Positions 1 through 8,893 of a stretch of DNA of 16,769 nucleotides are shown piece by piece. The notes under the pieces are model-generated. The model did not search any database. It was not told the origin of the DNA and saw nothing but the letters and a program-made list of their open reading frames with translations. This DNA comes from Armatimonadota bacterium (GTDB lineage: Bacteria > Armatimonadota > UBA5829 > DTLH01). The DNA lies in contig JBBRAE010000047.1 of assembly GCA_038207085.1 (NCBI GenBank), positions 1 to 16,769 on the forward strand, written 5' to 3'. The position numbers were made by a program, and so were the translations under genes. Position 1 is the first letter of the stretch. Each line of letters starts with the position of its first letter.

Positions 1-110
1 CTATAGAGGCCGTCGTGGAACATCGTTCGACCGGCCCCGGCGATTGGGAACCGTATCTGAAGAGTCTGAAGAAGTTGGATGCGACACCTACCCAACCGAC
101 AACTGAGTGA
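1..110 (+). CDS. Probable 3' end of a gene entering from the left edge
   Basis: Frame from position 3 is open and reads IEAVVEHRSTGPGDWEPYLKSLKKLDATPTQPTTE to TGA at 108-110. It would overlap the convergent hicB-like gene by 23 nt. No family recognised. Confidence 0.35.
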   Translation, partial: IEAVVEHRSTGPGDWEPYLKSLKKLDATPTQPTTE

Positions 111-306
111 TGTAAACCTCGCCACACGACCTCTGTGACACTTCCTCTGGTGACGCCGTCTCGAAGAAAAGCTCCAAAGCTTCCTTCAAGTTAGCAAGTG
201 CATCTTCAACGGTCGCGCCCTGACTGGCAATATCCAGTTCAGGACAAAGCGACACATAGGCATCGTCTTCCCGCCTGGTTATGCTCATTAGTCTTTGGAA
301 GCTCAC
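88..306 (-). CDS. hicB: HicB-family antitoxin-like protein (short form, no DNA-binding domain)
   Basis: 72 aa with typical HicB N-domain pattern REDDAYVSLCPELDIASQGATVEDALANLKEALELF. GTG start overlaps the upstream TGA (GTGA). Confidence 0.85.
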   Translation of the reverse strand: MSFQRLMSITRREDDAYVSLCPELDIASQGATVEDALANLKEALELFFETASPEEVSQRSCGEVYITQLSVG

Positions 307-479
307 AGCATCGACCCCTTGCCGCCGTCGAGGTGGCTCTTCATAAAACCCTGCTCCTGCTTTTCGATCTCAGGGATCAGCCGCTCTTTGATGAATGCGA
401 GGGCTTCGACCGGGTCGCGATCCATTGCGATTACCTTGAGGCGCAGGATGTCCTCATCGGTCAGTGTGACGGTTGCCAC
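303..479 (-). CDS. Small hypothetical protein, 58 aa, absent from the ORF track
   Basis: GTG at 479 directly follows the anti-sigma TAA (480-482) with GGAG upstream. Reads MATVTLTDEDILRLKVIAMDRDPVEALAFIKERLIPEIEKQEQGFMKSHLDGGKGSML; TGA at 303-305 overlaps the hicB GTG. Fills the gap exactly. Confidence 0.8.
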   Translation of the reverse strand: MATVTLTDEDILRLKVIAMDRDPVEALAFIKERLIPEIEKQEQGFMKSHLDGGKGSML

Positions 480-1169
480 TTATTCTCCAGTCCCCTCCCC
501 TTGCGGCTCTTCGGGAAGCGCAGGCCACACGGGATCAATCGCAGTCGTCTCCTGCGCTTCGGGAGCGGATTGGTTCTCTATGATATTTCCGACCGGCGAA
601 GACTCGGCCATCTGCACTCCTGGAACTGAGGCGTTGGCATCCGGCTCTTCTTCCTCGTGCCGACGAACTACACCCGAGCCGCTGCGAGAGGTCTCCACAC
701 CGTATGGGCGGCGGAACGGGTCGGCCGCGTAGAGCGTCTTTGGCTCTGAGGGAATGCTGACATCACTGGCGGCCACATGCTTCTGCGACCTCTCGGGGAC
801 GTATTTGACTATCACCTTCGCAGGCTTCGCCCGCACCCCGTAAAGCGCGCCGAAACCAAAAGCTGAGCCAACAACCATAACGATTGCAAACCCCTTGATC
901 GCGGCAAACGCAAAGACCCGAAGCCGACTTGCCTCACTCTTTGCCCGAACAGCGCCCTTGACGGCCCACGTGACCCGCAGGCGTTCTTCGTCGGTGAGCT
1001 TGGGGAGATCGCTTGGGACGAGCGCAACAGTCCTTCTGAGCGCCTCGACCTCGATTCGGCAGGCGTCGCATGTGTCGGCGTGTGTGCGCACCCGACGCAT
1101 CTCGTCGAGCGCAAGATCGCCGTAGACGTACGCGCCGAGAAGGTCAGATATCTTTCTGCATTCCTTCAT
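480..1169 (-). CDS. Zinc-binding anti-sigma factor (zf-HC2/ZAS), single transmembrane segment
   Basis: From ATG 1169 (GGGAGG upstream): MKECRKISDLLGAYVYGDL...HADTCDAC (HxxxCxxC), hydrophobic segment VFAFAAIKGFAIVMVVGSAFGFGALYG, acidic Pro-rich C-terminus. Immediately downstream of the ECF sigma. Confidence 0.9.
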   Translation of the reverse strand: MKECRKISDLLGAYVYGDLALDEMRRVRTHADTCDACRIEVEALRRTVALVPSDLPKLTDEERLRVTWAVKGAVRAKSEASRLRVFAFAAIKGFAIVMVVGSAFGFGALYGVRAKPAKVIVKYVPERSQKHVAASDVSIPSEPKTLYAADPFRRPYGVETSRSGSGVVRRHEEEEPDANASVPGVQMAESSPVGNIIENQSAPEAQETTAIDPVWPALPEEPQGEGTGE

Positions 1170-1170
1170 A

Positions 1171-1767
1171 TTATTGGACCTCCCTAACCACAAGCTCGAC
1201 GTAACCTGCAAGCGTGCTGCGAAGGTGGGAGGTAGCGCGGGAGAGGTGTGACTTCACAGCCCCGACCGAACACCCCATCGTCTCCGCAATCTCGATCAGC
1301 GACAGGAACTGGTAGTGCCTCAGGATAAACGCGAACCGTTGCCGCTCTGGAAGCTCGTCGACCGCCGATCTGATCGCGTCGCGCAGTTCCCGATTGCCCA
1401 GGTTCCACGACGGATCCCCTTCGTCGCCGCCCTGCAACCGGTCCCATTCGTCCTCAGTAAGCTCCAGTTCGCTGCTGCTCGACCTTCGTTTGACGTCGAT
1501 ACAGTGGTTGAGACAGACCCGATAGAGCCACGCCGACAGGTTCCCTCCGCAGTCGAACTTCGGAAGCATCCGGTGCAGCTTAATAAACACCTCCTGTGCC
1601 GCGTCAAGCGCCTCCTCCCGGTTGTGCATCACGCTCCATGCCAGGCCAAACACTTGATCCATATGAAGCGCCATCAACCGGTCAAAAGCCTCAGCGTCCC
1701 CGGCCCGAAACCGCGATATAAGCAGTTCATCTTCGCCAGTCAGCACAGTTCCATCATCCTTCGGCAA
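1171..1767 (-). CDS. ECF-family RNA polymerase sigma-70 factor
   Basis: Region 2 (GDAEAFDRL...DAAQEVFIKL...SAWLYRVCLNHCID) and region 4 (LPERQRFAFILRHYQFLSLIEIAETMGCSVGAVKSHLSRA). TTG at 1767 preferred over 1800 because GAGGAG lies 9 nt upstream. Confidence 0.95.
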   Translation of the reverse strand: MPKDDGTVLTGEDELLISRFRAGDAEAFDRLMALHMDQVFGLAWSVMHNREEALDAAQEVFIKLHRMLPKFDCGGNLSAWLYRVCLNHCIDVKRRSSSSELELTEDEWDRLQGGDEGDPSWNLGNRELRDAIRSAVDELPERQRFAFILRHYQFLSLIEIAETMGCSVGAVKSHLSRATSHLRSTLAGYVELVVREVQ

Positions 1768-1789
1768 TTTGTCTGTCTCCTCAGTGGTA

Positions 1790-1818
1790 TAAACGATCAA
1801 GCACGACGAAAGGTTTAC
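1790..1818 (-). promoter_or_regulatory. Putative ECF-type (autoregulatory) promoter
   Basis: Minus strand GTAAAC-N17-CGTTTA matches the AAC/CGT ECF pattern, just upstream of the sigma gene RBS. Confidence 0.55.
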
Positions 1819-1853
1819 CCGTTTTTGGATTTCTCCATAACTCCACGCATTCG

Positions 1854-1862
1854 TGGTATAAT
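1854..1862 (+). promoter_or_regulatory. Extended -10 promoter for the small gene at 1879
   Basis: TGgTATAAT, followed by AGGAG and ATG 1879. Confidence 0.65.
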
Positions 1863-1878
1863 TGTATAGGAGAATGAT

Positions 1879-2064
1879 ATGGCTTCACTTCGCAAAACAA
1901 ACCCGAACCTGAGCGATCCCGAGCGACTATCGTGGATGATAGCCCGAAACGCCTATCAATCCTCGGTGTTCGAGGGCGCGTCACCTCGTTCTTTGTCAAA
2001 AGCCAAGGAACTCGCATATCCGCGCGCCAAAGCCTCCTCGAAGAAGACTACCAAGGCTGAATAG
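1879..2064 (+). CDS. Putative Fic antitoxin (VbhA/FicA-like inhibitory helix), convergent with and overlapping fic
   Basis: 61 aa with RBS and promoter; ARNAYQSSVFEG contains (S/T)xxxE(G/N) at residues 28-33 (nt 1960-1977); basic C-terminal tail. Confidence 0.7.
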   Translation: MASLRKTNPNLSDPERLSWMIARNAYQSSVFEGASPRSLSKAKELAYPRAKASSKKTTKAE

Positions 2065-2640
2065 TCCTGATAATACCCTTTGACCACTGCTTCCAAATAC
2101 TGAGACTGCGTAGATTTCGCACGCTTGCCGATAAAGCCATAGTCCGGCACCGTCAACCCGGCTTGAGCAAACATCAGATCAAGCAATCCACCTGGCCAAC
2201 CTGCCATTTCCTTCCCGGAACGGATGTATCAGAAGTAACTCCGCATGAACCTGGGCTACTGAACTACATACGACAGACACATCGTTGGGTTCACAGGGAG
2301 TGAGCCTGCTCAACAATTCACTCTCGAACGTGTTCATGTTGTCAGGGATCAGATATGCTGGAGGAAAGGTGAATCCACCTTTGGAAACATCGACGGTTCG
2401 ATAGGCCCCAGCCCATTCATATATGCCACCCAGCCAGTCGCGGTGCATCTGGCGGATGAGACCCGCAGTGAAAACAGTGTCACTTGTAACTATATCATCG
2501 CGAACATATACGGTCTGCGCGTGAACAAGCGCACTGAACTCCGCTTCATCCGTCGCCAATTTCGTCTTTATCCCCAACTTATTCCTGAGCACCCGATTGT
2601 GCGATCCAGGTTCATACCCAGCCTCAGGGCCGATGGGCAT
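1956..2640 (-). pseudogene. fic: Fic-family AMPylase split by a 1-nt frameshift (pseudogene or sequence error)
   Basis: Canonical HPFREGNGRLAR motif, then TGG ATT GCT TGA. Removing one T at 2181/2182 gives WIADLMFAQAG..., joining the 1956..2207 frame into a 227-aa protein. Confidence 0.85.
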
Positions 2641-2678
2641 CCTCTATACCTGTTCACTGTCCCTCCACCCCACATACC

Positions 2679-2713
2679 AAAAAGGACCGCATCCCATTAC
2701 AGAACACGGTCCT
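2679..2713 (-). terminator. Intrinsic terminator after gyrB
   Basis: Minus strand AGGACCGTGTTCTG-TAA-TGGGATGCGGTCCT stem (several G-U pairs) followed by TTTT. Confidence 0.7.
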
Positions 2714-2722
2714 ATCATATCC

Positions 2723-2750
2723 TAATAGCTAAAAGCTAACAGCTAATAGC
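2723..2750. repeat. Tandem heptamer repeat (TAANAGC)x4
   Basis: TAATAGC TAAAAGC TAACAGC TAATAGC, between the gyrB stop and its terminator. Confidence 0.9.
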
Positions 2751-2756
2751 TTGAAT

Positions 2757-4947
<2,191 letters not shown>

Positions 4948-5081
4948 GTCTGAGCCCCGTCTTGCCCGGGCACGGGAGTAGCAAAGGAGCTGAGCAATAT
5001 ACGAAGCATTGCGAATAACCAGTGACGCGCAAACAACAACTGTTCACACTTGTCAAGGAGGAAGAAATGCGACTGAGCAGG

Positions 5082-5618
5082 CTATCGACCCACGCGCCGC
5101 TTGTCCCATTTCCTGTACGGCAGCCCAAGCTCCCGGAGCCGGACGCGCATCGCGGCGATCGACACCCCGAAGCGCTCGGCCATAATAGCCACTCTGTGCT
5201 CTTCGTTTGCCCGCAGGTCTTCAAACCACTCTCGCACAAGCGCCTCGGGCATCAGAAGAAGCGCGGCGAAGCGGTCGCAGGCACGTTCGAGCCTGTTCTT
5301 GCGCGTGCCAACGCCGTCAACGCAGAAGACACCGGGGCGATAGTGGCCGAGCAGGTGGTGGCCCATCTCGTGGGCGAGCGTAAACCTCTGCCTGGCAAGC
5401 GGCTTCAGGTAGCTTGAGTTGATCGCGACCAGCGGGGTGTTGTCCTCGGGGTGACGGGTATAGAACCCATCGATCTCCTCCAGAAACTCCACCCTGTCAA
5501 CCGTAATACCAAGCCTCTGGGCGACGTAATCGAGGTCTACCGGCGGCTCAAGTTTCAGCGTTTCCCATGCCTGGTGCGCGAGGCGCTCCGCGTCGGTTTC
5601 GAAGTATATACCGGCCAA
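5082..5618 (-). CDS. ImmA/IrrE-family zinc metallopeptidase (peptidase M78/DUF955)
   Basis: PPVDL, RQRFTLAHEMGHHLL (HExxH), ERACDRFAALLLMP, C-terminal helical MAERFGVSIAAMRVRL. TTG start 2 nt after the XRE gene stop, with GAGG upstream. Confidence 0.93.
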   Translation of the reverse strand: MAGIYFETDAERLAHQAWETLKLEPPVDLDYVAQRLGITVDRVEFLEEIDGFYTRHPEDNTPLVAINSSYLKPLARQRFTLAHEMGHHLLGHYRPGVFCVDGVGTRKNRLERACDRFAALLLMPEALVREWFEDLRANEEHRVAIMAERFGVSIAAMRVRLRELGLPYRKWDKRRVGR

Positions 5619-5620
5619 GA

Positions 5621-5977
5621 CTAACCTCGCTTGGAGGTTTTGCTCATCTTGCCCATTACATAGTCGATGATCTGCTGTTTGGCCTCATCGGAAAGATCGG
5701 TCTGGCAGCGAAGGATGACCCCCACAGCCGTAGCCGAATCCACTTGGTCGGGCTTGGGAACGTATCCCGCCGACATCAAAAGCTCAACCTCGCTCAAGCC
5801 GTCATACGACTGCGCCATACGCTTGATGACTTCTTCTGAAGGCACGCGACCATCGGACATGTCTTTCCAGTAGGCCGCGCTGATGCTCGATTGCAGCCCC
5901 GCTGCCCGAAACGTCAAACCCTGCCCCTGCAAAAAACTCTTTACAAGCTTACCGAATTCCGGCGATACTCTGCTCAT
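5621..5977 (-). CDS. XRE-family HTH transcriptional regulator, 118 aa
   Basis: From ATG 5977 (AAGGAG upstream): FGKLVKSFLQGQGLTFRAAGLQSSISAAYWKDMSDGRVPSEEVIKRMA...ELLMSAGY; coupled to the ImmA/IrrE gene. Confidence 0.8.
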   Translation of the reverse strand: MSRVSPEFGKLVKSFLQGQGLTFRAAGLQSSISAAYWKDMSDGRVPSEEVIKRMAQSYDGLSEVELLMSAGYVPKPDQVDSATAVGVILRCQTDLSDEAKQQIIDYVMGKMSKTSKRG

Positions 5978-6008
5978 AACTAACTGTCTCCTTAGTTCAC
6001 TACTTCTT

Positions 6009-6037
6009 AACATAACACAGAGGCACACACCTGTCAA
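6009..6037 (-). promoter_or_regulatory. Sigma-70-type promoter of the XRE-ImmA operon
   Basis: TTGACA-N17-TATGTT with extended TG, shortly upstream of the XRE RBS. Confidence 0.75.
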
Positions 6038-6328
6038 TAGAAAAATACAGCCTTTATGTGGAGTGCGGCGCGCAAGCGCCAAATTATCGCCATGCGTGGA
6101 GATTTGTGAAAGCGGCTCTCGCAAGCCGCACTCTAAATCGAGATTGACCGCTGCCAACAATTCTTATGTCCCTCGCATTTCGGCCAGTTTTCCAATAAAA
6201 CCAGCAATTCTCACCGGACACATTGCCCCACCAATGCCGAATACTACATGTATGAACGCGATATGCCCGTCTACTGGTAACTTGGCGGGTTGTTCGTGAA
6301 AACTAGTAACGCTGCTGGGCAAAAATAA

Positions 6329-6358
6329 TGAAACGGTACGACCTCTGCAGCAGTCTAA
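6329..6358 (+). promoter_or_regulatory. Possible ECF-type promoter
   Basis: TGAAAC-N17-AGTCTAA, about 70 nt upstream of ATG 6430. Confidence 0.4.
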
Positions 6359-6429
6359 TCATGTAGGGAAAGGTAAATGGCAGAACCGCCATTTGCTATG
6401 GAGTGCAGCTCAACGTGGAGGTGGTCACA

Positions 6430-7434
6430 ATGAAAAAGTTAACATTGACTCTTTTGGCCATCGCGTGTGTGGCTTGCTCCGCCCGGATAACCTCCGCGAC
6501 GTCAAGCGTTGTCTACCAGAAGGTGGTCGTCTACTCGACCCCGGTCCATGTCGTGTATGCGGATTTGAACGACAAAGACGTTAAAGTAACCGTGGCTATC
6601 AGCAAACGAGGCCGCGGCTCAAGCGAACCTGCGTCGTCCATTGTCTCAAGAACGCGCCCGACCGCAGCAATCACAGGCACGTTTTTCGACACCCGCACTC
6701 TTATTCCTACTGGTGATATCCAGATCTGCGGCACCCGGGTGCACTCCGGGTGTGTCGGCTCCGCGCTCTGCATCACGAAAGACAACCAGGCAAAGGTCAT
6801 CCCCTGCAAGCAAAGAAGCGAATACAAAAACGCGCCCTACGAAACAGTCCTGCAGGCGGGGCCTACTCTAGTTATGGACGGACGAATCTCGATGAACCCC
6901 CGCGCCGAAGGGTTCAAAGACCCGAGGCTCTTTGCAGCGACAAAGAAGACCGCAGTCGGCGTCACTGCCACCAACAAGATCGTGCTGGTGTCGGTGAACA
7001 CTCCGGTCAGCATGCGCAAGCTCGCGAAGATCGTCCAGCGTCTGGGATGCACCCAGGCCATACTCCTCGACGGCGGCACATCGACCGCGATGTACGCTGG
7101 CGGTCGGTTCGTATCCAGGCCCGGACGAAGACTCACAAACCTGCTCCTGGTCTACCAGACCGCCGAGTCGTACCGACTCGCAAGCGCGCAGCTTGCGCCG
7201 ACGCTTCTTTCACGGGCGAGCAATGCGACCGAACCGGTCGCCCTCGCCAAACTACCCAACCTGACCCCCTGGCATGGACAATTGGTTGAAGTAAAAGCCG
7301 ACACAGGGACTCTTCCATCGCTTGCCGAAGAGTATCCAGTCTCGACCGATCTCGGCATGCCCGAGTCCAACGCCTATCGAATCGAACCGGCGGCCGACTA
7401 TCGGTCTAAAGAAATGCCAGCGGATGCACGATAA
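6430..7434 (+). CDS. Secreted phosphodiester glycosidase (NAGPA/DUF2233)-family protein
   Basis: GGAGGTGG RBS, signal peptide MKKLTLTLLAIACVACSA; motifs AAITGTFFD, QAGPTLV, KTAVGVT, LGCTQAILLDGGTSTAMY. Confidence 0.85.
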   Translation: MKKLTLTLLAIACVACSARITSATSSVVYQKVVVYSTPVHVVYADLNDKDVKVTVAISKRGRGSSEPASSIVSRTRPTAAITGTFFDTRTLIPTGDIQICGTRVHSGCVGSALCITKDNQAKVIPCKQRSEYKNAPYETVLQAGPTLVMDGRISMNPRAEGFKDPRLFAATKKTAVGVTATNKIVLVSVNTPVSMRKLAKIVQRLGCTQAILLDGGTSTAMYAGGRFVSRPGRRLTNLLLVYQTAESYRLASAQLAPTLLSRASNATEPVALAKLPNLTPWHGQLVEVKADTGTLPSLAEEYPVSTDLGMPESNAYRIEPAADYRSKEMPADAR

Positions 7435-7659
7435 TTATTGAACTACGCACCCCATTGTTGTTACTTGCACGGGTTGGGTAACGGAAGCCCGATGGGAGCA
7501 TAGCGAGATTGGCGAGTGGCTGGACGCCGGCATCCACCCCGGAGGAAGCCTGGGCCGACTGACCGTGGACATCGCGCCTCACGGGTTCGCGCTGTTCAAG
7601 TTCGGGAAGCAGGGACAGGGGGTTAGCTTCGGGGAGATTGGTGGGTGTCGAGGGTTTGG

Positions 7660-7799
7660 GTGGAGCGCACGTTTCGAGAGCCTCAACGTGATTGGTTTAG
7701 GTTGATCTATAGTTGAGAGATTGGTGGTCGCGGTACAATCCCTCACACATTCACCCAAGCCAACCCATCACCCTGAGGCTCTCGAAGGGTGCGCTCCAC
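7660..7799. repeat. Inverted pair of 33-bp REP-like palindromic units (7660-7692 and 7767-7799)
   Basis: Reverse complement of copy 1, ATCACGTTGAGGCTCTCGAAACGTGCGCTCCAC, versus copy 2, ATCACCCTGAGGCTCTCGAAGGGTGCGCTCCAC: 29/33 identical; between convergent genes. Confidence 0.85.
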
Positions 7800-7830
7800 A
7801 AATCAAAGGGCGTACTACAACAAATAGAAG

Positions 7831-8793
7831 CTACCCTAACCCACCAAGTCTCGCCATCCCCGCCGCAACCGCAGCCAAATCCTGTGTCCGGTCCCCAAGC
7901 GGCGTAGCCACAATCTCAAGACCCGCGCGAATCTCCGGCCAAACTTCTTCTTCGACTGTTCTCAGTAGTTCGAGTAAGAGCAGATCCCCCGCGTGGACAG
8001 CCATCGTGCCGAGGGTAATAAGCTCGGGGTCAAACGCGTGCGCGGCGATCGAGACCGCTCGGCCCATCGCCCGTGCCGCGCCCTTTAGCACTTCGATAGC
8101 AAACTCGTCCCCTGCCCTCGCAGCTTCACAGACTGCCAGGCCATCAATCTCGTCCAGACGCGACAGAGCCGTTTGAATACCGTCTGCGACACCCTCGGTA
8201 GCGATCCGAACGATTGATGAACCCGATGCGTAAGCCTCGATGCAGCCGCGTTTGCCACAGCCGCAGGGCCTCCCGCCAGGCACGTAGGTCGTGTGGCCGA
8301 TCTCGCCTGCAAGTCCCCTTGTTCCCGAATAGAGACGGCCGCCGATGATTATCCCGGACCCTACACCCGTGCCCCAGGTGAACGAGACGATGTTCTGCTT
8401 GCCCCGTCCCGCCCCAAAGAGAAATTCGGCCAGGGCGGTTGCGTCGGCGTCGTTTAGAAGAGTTGCGGGACGGCCGAGTCCGCGCTCGACTATCTCGACC
8501 ACGGGCACAGGGTTCCAACCCGGCAGGTTCGCCGGGCCGAGGATCACCCCGGAGGCAGAGTCAAGCGGCCCCCCGCAGCAGACGCCGACGCCGTCAATAT
8601 CTGAGACAGAAAGCCCACGCGCGGCGACAATAGAACGTGTGTCACGGATCAATCGAGCGAGCGTAGCCATCGGGCCAAGCTCGATTTCAGTCCTCGCGCT
8701 AACGCGATCTATGAGCTCGCCCGTACGCGTTGCTAAAATAACAGATGATTTCGTCCCACCTATGTCGAACCCTGCGATATAACCCGATTCCAT
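7831..8793 (-). CDS. ROK-family sugar kinase (glucokinase-like)
   Basis: GFDIGGTK phosphate loop, NDADATALAE, WGTGVGSG, AGEIGH, CGCGKRGCIE zinc motif; no N-terminal HTH from ATG 8793. Confidence 0.92.
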   Translation of the reverse strand: MESGYIAGFDIGGTKSSVILATRTGELIDRVSARTEIELGPMATLARLIRDTRSIVAARGLSVSDIDGVGVCCGGPLDSASGVILGPANLPGWNPVPVVEIVERGLGRPATLLNDADATALAEFLFGAGRGKQNIVSFTWGTGVGSGIIIGGRLYSGTRGLAGEIGHTTYVPGGRPCGCGKRGCIEAYASGSSIVRIATEGVADGIQTALSRLDEIDGLAVCEAARAGDEFAIEVLKGAARAMGRAVSIAAHAFDPELITLGTMAVHAGDLLLLELLRTVEEEVWPEIRAGLEIVATPLGDRTQDLAAVAAGMARLGGLG

Positions 8794-8800
8794 AATGCAC

Positions 8801-8829
8801 ATACTACAACGACATGCGCGCAAGGTCAA
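8801..8829 (-). promoter_or_regulatory. Sigma-70-type promoter implying a leaderless ROK mRNA
   Basis: TTGACC-N17-TAGTAT, then 7 nt to the ATG; no Shine-Dalgarno. Confidence 0.6.
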
Positions 8830-8893
8830 CCGTCGGTTACGGCGCGCGGCAATCGGGGTAAATATACCAGAACCTAAGCAGGAGGACACACTG

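Noticed and set aside
198..732. Plus-strand ORFs 198..629 and 295..732
   Set aside because: The region is fully explained by three tightly coupled minus-strand genes.
5082..5977. Prophage or ICE immunity region
   Set aside because: No integrase, excisionase, divergent cro-like gene or phage genes adjacent.
6067..6129. Two small hairpins (GGCGC-GCAA-GCGCC; GCGGCT-N6-AGCCGC)
   Set aside because: Stems of 5-6 bp are expected by chance at this GC content; no recognisable RNA family.
5978..6160. N-terminal extension of the XRE ORF (likewise extensions to 1211, 1800, 8795, 8889, 10006, 11177)
   Set aside because: The extensions cross promoters or neighbouring genes; the internal starts have better RBS or promoter support.
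7660..7799. CRISPR repeats
   Set aside because: Two copies in inverted orientation, no spacer array and no cas genes.
7831..8889. ROK-family repressor
   Set aside because: No N-terminal HTH; the kinase phosphate loop begins at residue 8.
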